The notes beneath the pieces were generated by a model. That model ran no database searches. It saw only the letters and a list, made by a program, of their open reading frames with translations, and was not told the DNA's origin. A program made the translations under genes and the position numbers. A stretch of DNA of 20,944 nucleotides from the IMG/VR virus record IMGVR_UViG_3300032157_000002, positions 81,327 through 102,270 of that record, one strand, 5' to 3'. Of the stretch, positions 1-10,249 are shown piece after piece (position 1 is the first letter of the stretch; each line of letters starts with the position of its first letter). This DNA comes from a virus.

Positions 1-3000
1 AAGGAGGCCGCCGAAAAGCTCTTGGCGTCTCCCGTTGTTGACGACACGCTCGGCTCCGTTCACCGCCTGTCCGGCCTCGATATGGAGATGGGCGGCGAGG
101 GCATGAAGGCCACCTATGATGGCATCTATCCTCGCACCCTACTTAAGTTGCTCCAGAAGCTTGATCCAAGCATCAAGCCGGAGAAGACACGACTTAAACC
201 AGCAGGTCCAGGCGGTGAAGCTTCCGAATTCGACTATGACTTCACCTATTTCCCCTTAACCCAGAAAGCCAAGGCAAAGCTGGCGGAAGAAGGCCAGCCG
301 CTGTTTGCGCTAGGAGCTAAGAATGAAGGACGTGAACGCTCCGGAGACGGAGGAAGACGGTCTGCAAGCGGAAGCCTTGCGCCGCTCAAAGGTGCGCCAG
401 TTGTTGAAGGGGCGACAGGGCCAGACCCGCGCATCGTCGCCGCAGCCGAGCAATACGCCGCCGAAGTCGGCATCCCGCTTCGCCGGCAGGCTGTTTTCGC
501 GACCGTCAACGAAAAGCTAGCCGGCCGCATCGCACAAGCCTATGAGGAGATGGCGCATAATCCGCGCGATCCCCAGGTGGCCGCTGCTTATGACGACATG
601 ATCCAGCAGACCATCGCCCAGTACCGGGCGCTGGAGAAAGCTGGCTATAAATTCTTCTTCTATGACGAGACCAACGATCCCTATGAGGGCAATCCTTGGA
701 ACTCGATCCGCGATCTGCGCCAGAACCAGAAGATGGGCGTGTTCGCAACCGAAGCCGGCTTTGGCTCCGGGGCGACTGACCTGAATGTCGATGACAGCCC
801 CATGCTGCGCGATAGCGGCATTCGCTGGCCCTATGGCGCGGTCGATGGCCCAGCCAAGCGCGTGCTGGTGAATGATCTGTTCCGCGCGGTGCACGATGCC
901 TTTGGCCACTCTATGGAAGGGGCTGGCTTCCGGGCACGCGGCGAAGAGAATGCATGGCAGGCCCATATCCGGCTGTATTACGGGCCAGCCGTGGGCGCGG
1001 TCACCTCGGAGACGCGCGGCCAGAATAGCTGGCTGAATTTCGGCCCCTATGGTGAGGCCAATCGCAATGCCAGCGTGGAAGACACCATCTTTGCCGACCA
1101 GAAAATCGGCCTGATGCCGTCCTGGACTTGGGAAGAAGGCCGCGTTGGCGATGAGGACGGAGACCCAAGCTTCGCGGTCTCCACCACCGATGAGGACACC
1201 CAGCAGGAAATCCGCCAAGCCATTGGCTCTGGCAAAATCTTCCATGTCCCCAACGCCATCAATAATGCTGTCTTCCGTGGCCTAGAAGGGGCGATGGATG
1301 CGGTGCCGGATGACCATTATGTGGCGGTGCTGAACCGGATCATCCCGCTCAATACGACCACGGCCGATCTCAATGAGATGGCGCAGGCGCAATATGGCAA
1401 GCCTCACTCCAGGCTGACGCCAGAGCAGCAAGCCGCCATTGAAGGCCAGCTCGAAGGTGAGGTGGGCTCGGTCAAAATCCGCGCGATCTTTAGGGATCGC
1501 GCGGGTGAAGAATTCGAGATGGAAGGTGACCTAGACACCCTGCTTGGGGTTCGGGCCTTTTACGTCCAATCCGGCACCAGACCCGGCATCGGCTTTACGC
1601 GCCTTTCGCTGGCGGGCAAGTTCCACGAGTCGCTTCGGGGTGAATTGCGGCATGAGATCACTCATGCCCTTAGAGTCCAGGGGCGGATTGATCCGCGTTC
1701 TTGGGGCGCTCTGCTTCGGCATGCCAATAACCTTTCTATCCTTGACCGCGATCTGAAAGAGTATCTGTCGGCAATTGGCCACCCGCTCGCGGAAGAAACG
1801 GAAGCCGGCCTTACTCTACGCGATGCCTATGAAGAAGCCTATGACGGCATGGCCGATCTCCAGGAACGTCTGGATCAGGAATCGGTTGCGCATCTGGTGG
1901 AATTGTACAGCCATGGCGCGCTTGGCGAAAGTGCTGAGCCAGTCAAGCCGTTGCTGGATGGCATTATTTCCGGCAAATACTCCAAGCGCGCGCCTTGGGC
2001 CGAAGTTGAGGCCAGCCTCGATCAGGAACTGACGCCACAGATCAAGCAACTCCTCCAGGAGGAATTAGATGCAGTCGCCAGAAGCGATCAAGGCGGCCAG
2101 CTTTCTGCTGCGCCGGGTGCAGGATTACAATCCGGGGAGCCCGCGTCGGCGCGAATTGCTCCTCGCCCTGAAGACTTTGCTCGATCGCCCCGGATCGGAG
2201 AATCCCTCGACCGCAAGCGCCTCGCCGGACGACTCCGCGACAAAGCGATAGATCGTTATCTGGGTGGTTGGTTTGAGCCGGCCGCCGCACGTCAGCGCGC
2301 CGAGATGCAAGGCTTTACCACGCCGACATGGCATGGCACTCGCGATCTTGATTTCCTAGTCCCCAATCCCGCCGTTCCCGGCAAGGATTGGGGCTTCCAT
2401 ATGGCCACCACCATTCCGCTGGCGGCCAATGACCGGATTGGGATGTCTGATCTGGCCATGATCGACAACCCCTGGAAGGAGGCTCCTTATCGGGAATGGC
2501 GGGTTGGCGGCAATGTCATGCCGCTGCTGGTCAAGGCGAAAAAGCCGTTCCGCATTCATGATCTAGGGGCATGGGATTCGCCAACTCATTGGCGCGGCAC
2601 GGAGGGCTGGGTTCACTCCTGGCAGAGCACGCGCGGTTATGACCATGAGCATCAGGAAGCGGCCTATGAGATTTCCGTCGCCGCCGAACGCTTTGACCGG
2701 ATGCCTTATTCTGCCGAGACTAATCGTCAGTTCCAGGAAAAGCTCATCCAAATCCTGGAGGCCTATGGCTATGATCATATCCTCTACGCCAACACCGCAG
2801 AAGGCAATGGCGAAGACAGCATGATCGTCTGGCGGCCTGAACAAGTGCGTTCGGCCAATGATCTGTTCGATCCGCGCGCGGTGGGCTCCCCAGGGCTGTT
2901 CGCCTCGACACCTTTCCTGGAGGCAGACCTTCGCGAACGCCTTAATGAGATGCTGGTGGATGAAGCCAGGATGGCGTTGTTCGCGCTGCAATCTGGTGCC

Positions 3001-5529
3001 GGGGGCGATCTCGCCCAGACTTCAGCCTTCAAGCGCTGGTTCGGCGATAGCAAGGTGGTGGACGCTGAAGGCAAGCCGCGCATTGTTTATCACGGCACCG
3101 AGCGTGCCGGGTTTGACCGCTTCGATCCCTATATGCAAAACAAATCAAGCGGTACAGGGGCAACTGGTTTCTATTTCACTAACCACCCGTTGGGAGCTGA
3201 GACTTATTCTGGCACCAGAGCTGACGCATTAGTCTCTGACGATCCGGATTTTGATCCTCGCTTGGATGGGAGTCCTGGCAATTATGCTGTCTTCCTTTCC
3301 ATGAAGAATCCGCTTGTGGTGGATTTCCAGAATGAGGACGGCTATAGCGGAAGCTGGGATGATGCCCCAGAGGATAGCGGTTTTGGTGGCCAAAGCATCA
3401 ATGATATTGCCGAGTATGCTGAGGGAGCCGGTTTTGACGGCGTAATAGCCACTAATATTATGGATGAAGGTGCGCATGGTAACGGCTATGGCTGGGGGGA
3501 CACCACCTATATCGTCTTCTCCCCCAACCAGATCAAATCCGCCTTCAATCGCGGCACCTTCGATCCCAATGATGACCGGATCATGTATGCTCTCGCTGGC
3601 AAGCGCGCCATCGGTGCTCCCAAAGGCTTGCTTCCCACTGCCGAGCGCATGCAGGAGCGCGGTGCCAAGCCCGATCAAATCTGGCAACAAACCGGCTGGG
3701 CACAAGGCCCGGATACCAAATGGCGCTGGGAGATCGATGATAGCCGGGCACGGATCACCAATCTGGACAAAATCTTGGCCGGCGCCAAAGCGTCGCCGGG
3801 CTTTTTCAAGCGCATTATGGGCGGCCAGCAGAAATCGGCGCCAGCCGGGGGCATCCAGAAACAGACCAACATCCCGCTGATCAATCTGCTGGATCATCCC
3901 CAGCTCTACAGCGCTTATCCCTTCCTGCGTCAGATGCGGGTGGATTTGACCTATGGGGCGGGGGTGCAGGAAAGGGGTGCGCTGCGCGAGAAGACGGCGC
4001 GGTGGACCGAGGGCGATGATCCGCGTGGGCACTTCAACGTCAAGATTTACAAGCCAATCCAGGTTTCGGCCTCTTCGCCAGAGGGCATTAAGTCGGTGCT
4101 GATGCATGAGATTCAGCACTACATTCAGAACCGAGAGGGGTTCTCGAAGGGGTCGGATTTCCGGGATTCCGGTCGCCCCTCTACCTTCGTCACTGACGAA
4201 AAGCAATCCACTGCGCTCTATGATCCAGGTCGCGATGATGATTGGGTCAACACGACTTATGGGCGAGATCGCAAAACCTTGCTGAAGATGACTCTGCCTG
4301 AGCAAAATGCGCTGGCCATCCTTGAAGCCTTCGCTGGTCTGGATAAAGCCAGGGCGCGCAAGGCTGCCGGCGAGACAAAGGGTGAGCGCGGCCACGCCGA
4401 TATTGATACTGTCATCAAAGAATACGAGGCGCTTATCAAGGATTACGGCCGAGTCCTTGAACTGTCCATGCTAGTCGATCCCAAGGACTACCGCAACAGC
4501 GCAGGTGAATGGGAGGCTCGCGAAGTCCAGAACCGCCTTAATATGTCGGCTGCCGAGCGCCAGAAGCAGTCGCCTTTCGCCAATGCGCCAGCCAACCTTG
4601 GCAACACTTCCGGTCAGACCCGAGACTATTCCAAGGCCTATGATGAAGTCATGCGCCGGGCGGAAGTGTTCAAAGCCATCAAGGAACGCTGGGCACAGCG
4701 CCAACCGGTAGTGCCGGGGCTTAGCGTCATGCGCACGAACGAAGCCAACCTTGAATATGTCGCTGGTAGCGAGGAGGATGCGAGCGGCATGGTGATCGTT
4801 CGGATCGACGACGACCAGACCGCGCGGCTGTTTCTTGCCGACGACTTCCTGAACAAGCCATATGCCGAACAGAAGCGCTTCATGGACGGCATTATGCGCG
4901 ATCTGAACAAGCGCAATCTGATCGTTTCCGGAGCCAAGCCGAACGGCTACGAACTCCAGGACAAAGATATCCCGTTCTGGAAGCGTTATGACCCGACCAA
5001 AATCGCCTTCGATCTCCGGCTTTACCGCGAGGAGATCATGGAAAAAGCCAGGGAGCGCTATGGCGATGATGTCGAGGTGGAGATCAATCCGGATGACGAT
5101 GACGATGGCGTTGTTATCGTAACCACGCCAAAGATGAAGGCTGATTTCCTCAAGCTAGAGCAAGATTTTGAGAAGGTTGATCAGCAATATGCTAATTTTC
5201 AGAATAAGCTTGTAGAGAAATATGGCTGGAACTTCATGGCTGAGTGGACAAAGCAGGAGAAAGACCGCTATGAGGCTATGGAAAAAAAGAGCGCCGACCT
5301 TCAGGCAGAGATGATTGAGGGATCGACAGATTATCTTGATCTCGACTTCATCTTCGAGGGCCGCGACTCCCATGCTCGCCCGGCTGGCGTTGACTACGAG
5401 ACTTGGATGCGCGCGGTCGCCGAGGAACAACTTCTGCGCATGGGAAAAATGCCACGGCCGGGCGAAGAAGTTGATTTTGAGGACTTAATCCCCTCGCAAG
5501 AGATTGTGGGAAATCACGCGAATCACTAG
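1..5529 (+). CDS. Giant phage polyvalent protein (probably virion-ejected), 5'-truncated; zincin-like metallopeptidase motifs, two ADP-ribosyltransferase-like (ART-PolyVal) domains, LPD23-like region
   Basis: Frame is open from base 1 (no stop before the TTG at 22). Motifs: NDLFRAVHDAFGH..GEENAW (~871-960); HEITH (1651-1665); WHGT..GFHM..VMPLLVK..GYD..IVWRPEQVRS (~2311-2880); FKRWFGDSKVVD.EGKPRIVYHGT..GFYFT..VFLSMKNP..GFDG..IVFSPNQIKS (~3028-3590); IWQQTGW..KWRWEIDD..LDHPQLYSAYP..HEIQH..GEWEAR (~3680-4530). Confidence 0.85.
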   Translation, partial: KEAAEKLLASPVVDDTLGSVHRLSGLDMEMGGEGMKATYDGIYPRTLLKLLQKLDPSIKPEKTRLKPAGPGGEASEFDYDFTYFPLTQKAKAKLAEEGQPLFALGAKNEGRERSGDGGRRSASGSLAPLKGAPVVEGATGPDPRIVAAAEQYAAEVGIPLRRQAVFATVNEKLAGRIAQAYEEMAHNPRDPQVAAAYDDMIQQTIAQYRALEKAGYKFFFYDETNDPYEGNPWNSIRDLRQNQKMGVFATEAGFGSGATDLNVDDSPMLRDSGIRWPYGAVDGPAKRVLVNDLFRAVHDAFGHSMEGAGFRARGEENAWQAHIRLYYGPAVGAVTSETRGQNSWLNFGPYGEANRNASVEDTIFADQKIGLMPSWTWEEGRVGDEDGDPSFAVSTTDEDTQQEIRQAIGSGKIFHVPNAINNAVFRGLEGAMDAVPDDHYVAVLNRIIPLNTTTADLNEMAQAQYGKPHSRLTPEQQAAIEGQLEGEVGSVKIRAIFRDRAGEEFEMEGDLDTLLGVRAFYVQSGTRPGIGFTRLSLAGKFHESLRGELRHEITHALRVQGRIDPRSWGALLRHANNLSILDRDLKEYLSAIGHPLAEETEAGLTLRDAYEEAYDGMADLQERLDQESVAHLVELYSHGALGESAEPVKPLLDGIISGKYSKRAPWAEVEASLDQELTPQIKQLLQEELDAVARSDQGGQLSAAPGAGLQSGEPASARIAPRPEDFARSPRIGESLDRKRLAGRLRDKAIDRYLGGWFEPAAARQRAEMQGFTTPTWHGTRDLDFLVPNPAVPGKDWGFHMATTIPLAANDRIGMSDLAMIDNPWKEAPYREWRVGGNVMPLLVKAKKPFRIHDLGAWDSPTHWRGTEGWVHSWQSTRGYDHEHQEAAYEISVAAERFDRMPYSAETNRQFQEKLIQILEAYGYDHILYANTAEGNGEDSMIVWRPEQVRSANDLFDPRAVGSPGLFASTPFLEADLRERLNEMLVDEARMALFALQSGAGGDLAQTSAFKRWFGDSKVVDAEGKPRIVYHGTERAGFDRFDPYMQNKSSGTGATGFYFTNHPLGAETYSGTRADALVSDDPDFDPRLDGSPGNYAVFLSMKNPLVVDFQNEDGYSGSWDDAPEDSGFGGQSINDIAEYAEGAGFDGVIATNIMDEGAHGNGYGWGDTTYIVFSPNQIKSAFNRGTFDPNDDRIMYALAGKRAIGAPKGLLPTAERMQERGAKPDQIWQQTGWAQGPDTKWRWEIDDSRARITNLDKILAGAKASPGFFKRIMGGQQKSAPAGGIQKQTNIPLINLLDHPQLYSAYPFLRQMRVDLTYGAGVQERGALREKTARWTEGDDPRGHFNVKIYKPIQVSASSPEGIKSVLMHEIQHYIQNREGFSKGSDFRDSGRPSTFVTDEKQSTALYDPGRDDDWVNTTYGRDRKTLLKMTLPEQNALAILEAFAGLDKARARKAAGETKGERGHADIDTVIKEYEALIKDYGRVLELSMLVDPKDYRNSAGEWEAREVQNRLNMSAAERQKQSPFANAPANLGNTSGQTRDYSKAYDEVMRRAEVFKAIKERWAQRQPVVPGLSVMRTNEANLEYVAGSEEDASGMVIVRIDDDQTARLFLADDFLNKPYAEQKRFMDGIMRDLNKRNLIVSGAKPNGYELQDKDIPFWKRYDPTKIAFDLRLYREEIMEKARERYGDDVEVEINPDDDDDGVVIVTTPKMKADFLKLEQDFEKVDQQYANFQNKLVEKYGWNFMAEWTKQEKDRYEAMEKKSADLQAEMIEGSTDYLDLDFIFEGRDSHARPAGVDYETWMRAVAEEQLLRMGKMPRPGEEVDFEDLIPSQEIVGNHANH

Positions 5530-5586
5530 GATCACATACTAAATCTGGGGTGTTTGTTGAGCGTCCCCCACGAGCCGAGGTAGGCT

Positions 5587-6501
5587 ATGGCGGGCGAAAC
5601 ACAATACGGCATTGATCCCCTCGCGCTGATTAAGCGCGAAGAGGGCTTTGCCCCCAGGGCCAAATGGGACATCCGGCAATATTCGGGAGGCTATGGCTCA
5701 AAAGCGGCGCCCGGCGAGACCTTCACCCAGGAAAAAGCCGATGCCTATTTGCGGCGCGATGCCTCCGGGCCAATGGCTTGGGTCGAGAAGAATGCCCCCA
5801 ATGCCACCCCCGGCCAGAAAGCGGCGCTGATCTCCTTTGGCTATAATCTGGGGGAAGACGATCTCGACAAGCTGCGGCCCGATATTGAGGCTGGCAATTG
5901 GGAGCGGGTTGGCGCGCGCATGCTCGCCTTCAACAAGGCCCTCAATGAGCGCACCGGCCAGCTTGAGCCACTGCCGGGGCTGACCGAGCGGCGCAAGCGC
6001 GAGGCCGCCTTAGTGATGGGCGGCGAGCTGCCGGCCAATCTGGTGGCCAGCGTGCAGTCTCCAACCGGCTCGGCCTCCAGGACATCTCCTTCATCATCTG
6101 CCCCTCAAGAGGACAAAGGCATGCTTAACATTCTCTCTGCCCTTGGCGGCAATGCTTCGCTGATGGCTGGGCTCGGCAAGGGGCTCGGCATGGAAAATAT
6201 GGCCAATGCTGGGGGCCAGAATTCAGTGTTTGGCGCGCTGGGCTCGCTGTTTGGCCAGGGCGGCGGTTCTGGTGGCCAAGAAGGCGGCGGTAATGCGAAT
6301 GCTGTCCTGGCGCAAAATGCGATGACGGCAGCCGCTGGCTCTCCGGAAGAAGAAAAAGAGAGAGAGAAGGAGAGGCAAAACGGCATCCAGCGCAAGCCGG
6401 TCGATTTGGCGGCGCTGAGCAAAATCCTCCAGCAGCGGGCGCAATTGGGCGCTGGCGGCGGGGGCTTCACAGGGCAGAATAAGGGCCTGGGAGTGGGCTA
6501 A
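5587..6501 (+). CDS. GH24 (T4-like) lysozyme-domain protein with Gly-rich low-complexity C-terminus; probable virion/ejection-associated muramidase
   Basis: IKREEG-x7-D catalytic region, GYG, ALISFGYNLG and LPGLTERRKRE GH24 motifs; GAGG RBS; lies between polyvalent protein and fibres. Confidence 0.8.
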   Translation: MAGETQYGIDPLALIKREEGFAPRAKWDIRQYSGGYGSKAAPGETFTQEKADAYLRRDASGPMAWVEKNAPNATPGQKAALISFGYNLGEDDLDKLRPDIEAGNWERVGARMLAFNKALNERTGQLEPLPGLTERRKREAALVMGGELPANLVASVQSPTGSASRTSPSSSAPQEDKGMLNILSALGGNASLMAGLGKGLGMENMANAGGQNSVFGALGSLFGQGGGSGGQEGGGNANAVLAQNAMTAAAGSPEEEKEREKERQNGIQRKPVDLAALSKILQQRAQLGAGGGGFTGQNKGLGVG

Positions 6502-7478
6502 TGACTGTCAATCTCTGGAGCACAACCGCAGCCAGCAATTCAACCGCCGATTCCACTATAAATTGGCGGGAGGGCCAATCGCCTTCGACGGTGAACAATT
6601 CTTCCCGTGCGATGATGGCCGCGATTGCCAAATGGCGCGATGATCAGGCTGGCAATATCGTCACCGGGGGCTCCTCAACCGCCTATACCATCACCACCAA
6701 TCAGAGCCTGACTCCGCTGGTTGACGGCTATACAGTCTGGGCGCGGATGGATGAAACCAATGGCGTCAGCCCGACGCTCAATGTGGATTCAACCGGGGCC
6801 AAGGCCATCCGGGTCTCAACCGGCACCGCCGTGCCAACCGGTGCAATGCCCGGTGGCTCGGTGCAAAAATTCACCTATGACAGCGGTGATGATTGTTGGT
6901 ATGTCGCCAGCTTTTACGCCACCACCAGCTTGGCGCTCACCGGCCTTCAGCTTCATGAAGCCACCGAACTCACCTCGGCGGCGACGGATGATGAGCTGGT
7001 CATTTATGATCTGTCGGCGACCACCAATAAGCGCATCACTCTCGCTAATCTGACCACCTCGCTTGTGCCAACGGAATCGGCGGCGGGCTTTGTTGAAATG
7101 GCCACCGACGCTGAAATCCGCTCGGCGGCAACGGGCGCCAAGGCGGTGATGGCGCAGGATTTGGAGACCGCCTCAGCCCTGGTCGCGCTCACCGATGCCG
7201 GCACGGTCGCGGTGGATTGGGATGCTGGCATCAATTTCTCCCTGACGGTCACCGCTAACCGCGCCATCGGCAATCCGACCAATGGCCAGCCCGGCACATG
7301 GCGCACCATTCTGGTGCAGGGCGACGACACCACCGATCGGACCATTACATTTGGGGCGCAATATTTGGGCGAGGTGCCAACCATCACCGATTGCGACAGC
7401 GGGCGCTGGTATTTGATCTCGATTTATTGCGTCACCTCGTCTCATTTTGTTGCCTCCTCCAAGCGGGCGAAGGGGTAA
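6501..7478 (+). CDS. Tail fibre protein 1
   Basis: TAATG overlap with previous gene; N-terminal WSTTAASN..INWREGQSPS.VNNS.RAMMA anchor resembling alphaproteobacterial phage fibres; Thr/Ala/Gly-rich; C-terminal LTDAGTVAVDW..NPTN..RTITFG domain. Confidence 0.7.
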   Translation: MTVNLWSTTAASNSTADSTINWREGQSPSTVNNSSRAMMAAIAKWRDDQAGNIVTGGSSTAYTITTNQSLTPLVDGYTVWARMDETNGVSPTLNVDSTGAKAIRVSTGTAVPTGAMPGGSVQKFTYDSGDDCWYVASFYATTSLALTGLQLHEATELTSAATDDELVIYDLSATTNKRITLANLTTSLVPTESAAGFVEMATDAEIRSAATGAKAVMAQDLETASALVALTDAGTVAVDWDAGINFSLTVTANRAIGNPTNGQPGTWRTILVQGDDTTDRTITFGAQYLGEVPTITDCDSGRWYLISIYCVTSSHFVASSKRAKG

Positions 7479-7485
7479 GGGGGTC

Positions 7486-8145
7486 ATGACCTTCCTTCCC
7501 GGTCACTTCCCCGCAGGAGCGCCGAGCTTTGTCGAGAAGTTGACGACGATCAGTTTTATTCAAGCCTTTGGCGGCACGGACACCAGTGTGACTGCGCCTT
7601 CGGATATCCATGAGGGTGACCTCATCATCTTCATCAATGTGGCTGGTGAATATGGGGGAACTCAGACGACGGTGCCGACCGGGTTTACCCTGATCCAGAA
7701 TCGGTGGGGTTCAGGCAATGCCGCCTTCAACGTTAGCGGCAAGATTACCGTAAGTAGCGATGCCGGGTCTACTCTCAGTGGCCTGACAGCGAGTGACTTC
7801 CGTCAGATTTTAGGCCTGCATTATCGCGGCAATAGCAAGCTCCGCAGTATCAGCAGTGCGCAAGACGCCTTCTATGCCGAAACGTCCGGCAATCCCGGTG
7901 GCGATACGGTCGGAAGCTCAGCCGGCACGCTCCCTACGATCGCGTTCGGCATCGCCTGGACCTCTGGATCGGACGCTATTCTTGAGATCGATGGCTCAAC
8001 CAGTGGTCTTATATCCGTCAATGCCCCGCTAAAGATGGGTCACCGCATCTATAATATCGGCGACACGCCAGATGATCACTTCATAGACGCTGGCGATGCC
8101 GGTGGCTTTAACCAGCTTCTCGGTTTTTACCTCAATTTCACCTGA
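7486..8145 (+). CDS. Putative fibre tip/adhesin protein 1 (paralogue of 9498-10151)
   Basis: ATG at 7486 after AAGGGGG RBS; beta-rich; shares I..GD.I, VP.GFT.I, YRG, IYN..P.D...D and terminal FY motifs with 9498-10151. Confidence 0.6.
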   Translation: MTFLPGHFPAGAPSFVEKLTTISFIQAFGGTDTSVTAPSDIHEGDLIIFINVAGEYGGTQTTVPTGFTLIQNRWGSGNAAFNVSGKITVSSDAGSTLSGLTASDFRQILGLHYRGNSKLRSISSAQDAFYAETSGNPGGDTVGSSAGTLPTIAFGIAWTSGSDAILEIDGSTSGLISVNAPLKMGHRIYNIGDTPDDHFIDAGDAGGFNQLLGFYLNFT

Positions 8146-8157
8146 CGGCAGGGCGCA

Positions 8158-9501
8158 ATGACAGCGGTTAAGACTGAGATTGGGGCTCAGGAGCAGGCCT
8201 TACGGGTTGTCTTGCAGCCAGTCCCAGACCTGGAGGCTAAGGAAGTCCAGGCGGCGATTGAGGAGATTGTTGCTCAGCTCAGCAACGGTGTCGCGCCGCT
8301 TGGGGCGGAATATATTGTCGCCACGGCCAATGGCACGCTCACGGCGGAGCGAGTCGCGACCGATAGCGGTACCATTGACTTTGACGCCTCCACCCCAGGC
8401 CAGCTCCGGGCTCATGTGCTGGAAGTCCCCAATATCAGCGGCAATGGCATTGTTGCCCGGATTGGCGTTGCCACCTATGACAATGTGACCATCACCGGCA
8501 CCGCCAATGAGATTGAGGTGACCAATGGCGATGGCGTCGCCGGCAATCCCACGATTGGCCTGCCGAGCGATATCGTGCTGTCTGGTTCGGTGACGGTTGC
8601 CGATGAGGCCTATGACGCCACGGGTTGGAATGGCGACCTCACCGTGCCGACCAAAAATGCGGTGCGCGATAAGATCGAACTGGTGCTCGGCACCACGCTT
8701 CCGGCCACCTATCAGCCATTGGATGCCGACCTAACTTCCTGGGCGGGCGTCACCCGCGCCTCGGGCTTCGACACCTTTGCGGCCACGCCTTCTAGCGCCA
8801 ATCTTGCCGCCTTGGTCACCAACGAAACCGGCTCGGGATCGCTGGTGTTTGGCACCTCGCCCAATATCACCACACCGACCGGCATCGTTAAGGGTGATGT
8901 GGGTCTGGGCAATGTCGATAACACTTCTGACGCCACGAAGAATGCGGCTGTCGCGACACTGACCAACAAGACTATTGCGCTGGGGTCAAATACGATCTCG
9001 GGCACCACGGCGCAATTCAATACCGCTTTGACCGATGGCGATTTTGCCACGCTCGCCGGCACTGAGACACTGAGCAACAAGACGCTGGTCGCGCCCGCGC
9101 TTGGCACCCCCGCTTCCGGCGTACTCTCCAATTGCACCGGTTATCCGGAAAGCATCATCATCGCCTGTTCGGACGAAACCACCAATATCACCACCGGCAC
9201 CGCGAAGGTCACCTTCCGGATGCCCTATGCCTTTACCCTGACGGGGGTGCGCGCTTCGGTGAATACCGCGCCGACCGGCTCGACCATCATCATCGATATC
9301 AATGAGAACGGTACGACCATCCTCTCCACCAAACTGAGTATCGATGCCGGCGAGGAGACTTCGACCACAGCGGCTTCGGCAGCGGTTATCTCTGACGCCT
9401 CATTGGCTGATGATGCTGAGATTACCATTGATTTTGATCAGGTTGGCTCTTCGACTCCAGGGAAGGGTGTAAAGGTGACGCTGTTGGGGTCGCGGACATG
9501 A
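8158..9501 (+). CDS. Tail fibre protein 2
   Basis: Fibre-type segments (VTNGDGVAGNPT, KGDVGLGNVDNTSD, TLTNKT, TLSNKT); C-terminal IIACSDETT..KVTFRMPYA..DQVGS.TPGKG domain common in phage fibres. Confidence 0.75.
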   Translation: MTAVKTEIGAQEQALRVVLQPVPDLEAKEVQAAIEEIVAQLSNGVAPLGAEYIVATANGTLTAERVATDSGTIDFDASTPGQLRAHVLEVPNISGNGIVARIGVATYDNVTITGTANEIEVTNGDGVAGNPTIGLPSDIVLSGSVTVADEAYDATGWNGDLTVPTKNAVRDKIELVLGTTLPATYQPLDADLTSWAGVTRASGFDTFAATPSSANLAALVTNETGSGSLVFGTSPNITTPTGIVKGDVGLGNVDNTSDATKNAAVATLTNKTIALGSNTISGTTAQFNTALTDGDFATLAGTETLSNKTLVAPALGTPASGVLSNCTGYPESIIIACSDETTNITTGTAKVTFRMPYAFTLTGVRASVNTAPTGSTIIIDINENGTTILSTKLSIDAGEETSTTAASAAVISDASLADDAEITIDFDQVGSSTPGKGVKVTLLGSRT

Positions 9502-10151
9502 GCCTGATGATCATCAATCCCTTTGTGTTCGCCGCTGCACCTGGGCTCACCACCATAACCCAGGTGCTATCAGCCACTTCAGCCGGTAGCACGATCAACT
9601 TCCCTGGCGGCATCCAGGCAGGGGATATGATTGTGCTACTCGATGCCGCTATCCAGTCCGGAGGGTCGCCTACTGCCGTGACGCCTTCTGGCTTTACTGT
9701 GATCTCCAACCAACTCGCGTCGGCGGGCAATGCTTTACGCACAATCGTAAGCTACAAATTAGCGGTCGGAACGGAGTCGGGCTCGCTGACCGGCATGAAT
9801 GGTTCGGCGCAGAACAGCAAGTTGATGTATGTCTTCCGAGGGGATATCGCCGCGACCCTCCTCACTCTGGCGGGGCTTACCCAACAAACAACCGATGCCA
9901 ATCCTACCGCTCAGGTGGTGGCCGCTTCTGGCGGAGTCGCACCATTGGTGGTGTTCGGCTGCTATTCTTGCGGTGACCCGATCAGCCCGCGCACGATGAC
10001 ACCAGCTAAGGATGGAGAATTGGCTAGTGCGTCCAGTGACGCATATCTTGCTTATAAAATTTACAATTCAGCACCCGCCGACGTGACCGTGGATATGGAC
10101 GATGAAGTCTCCCGCAACACGTTGAGCAGCTTTTATATCCAGATGGCGTGA
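9498..10151 (+). CDS. Putative fibre tip/adhesin protein 2
   Basis: ATGA overlap with fibre 2; N-terminal IINPFVF motif typical of proteins that follow this fibre C-terminus; paralogous to 7486-8145. Confidence 0.65.
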   Translation: MSLMIINPFVFAAAPGLTTITQVLSATSAGSTINFPGGIQAGDMIVLLDAAIQSGGSPTAVTPSGFTVISNQLASAGNALRTIVSYKLAVGTESGSLTGMNGSAQNSKLMYVFRGDIAATLLTLAGLTQQTTDANPTAQVVAASGGVAPLVVFGCYSCGDPISPRTMTPAKDGELASASSDAYLAYKIYNSAPADVTVDMDDEVSRNTLSSFYIQMA

Positions 10152-10216
10152 TATTGATGCCCTATTTAACCATTGCCAGTTACCCAAAGGATACATCTAG
10201 GGCAGAGCGAATCTGT

Positions 10217-10247
10217 TAGCCTGCCGCTGAGAGAATAGCGGGGGCTA
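10217..10247 (+). promoter_or_regulatory. Hairpin occluding the endolysin ribosome-binding site
   Basis: TAGCCTGCCGCT / AGCGGGGGCTA (11 bp, one bulge, one G-U) covers the GGGGG RBS and ends 2 nt before ATG 10250. Confidence 0.45.
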
Positions 10248-10249
10248 TC

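Noticed and set aside
1-24. AAGGAGG at 1-7 as RBS for a TTG start at 22
   Set aside because: Spacing of 14 nt is too long and the frame is open to the window edge; gene is more likely truncated
3229-4395. 388-aa antisense ORF and other long shadow ORFs (517-1245, 16661-17263, 19802-20509)
   Set aside because: Antisense to well-supported genes in GC-rich DNA; no recognisable motifs
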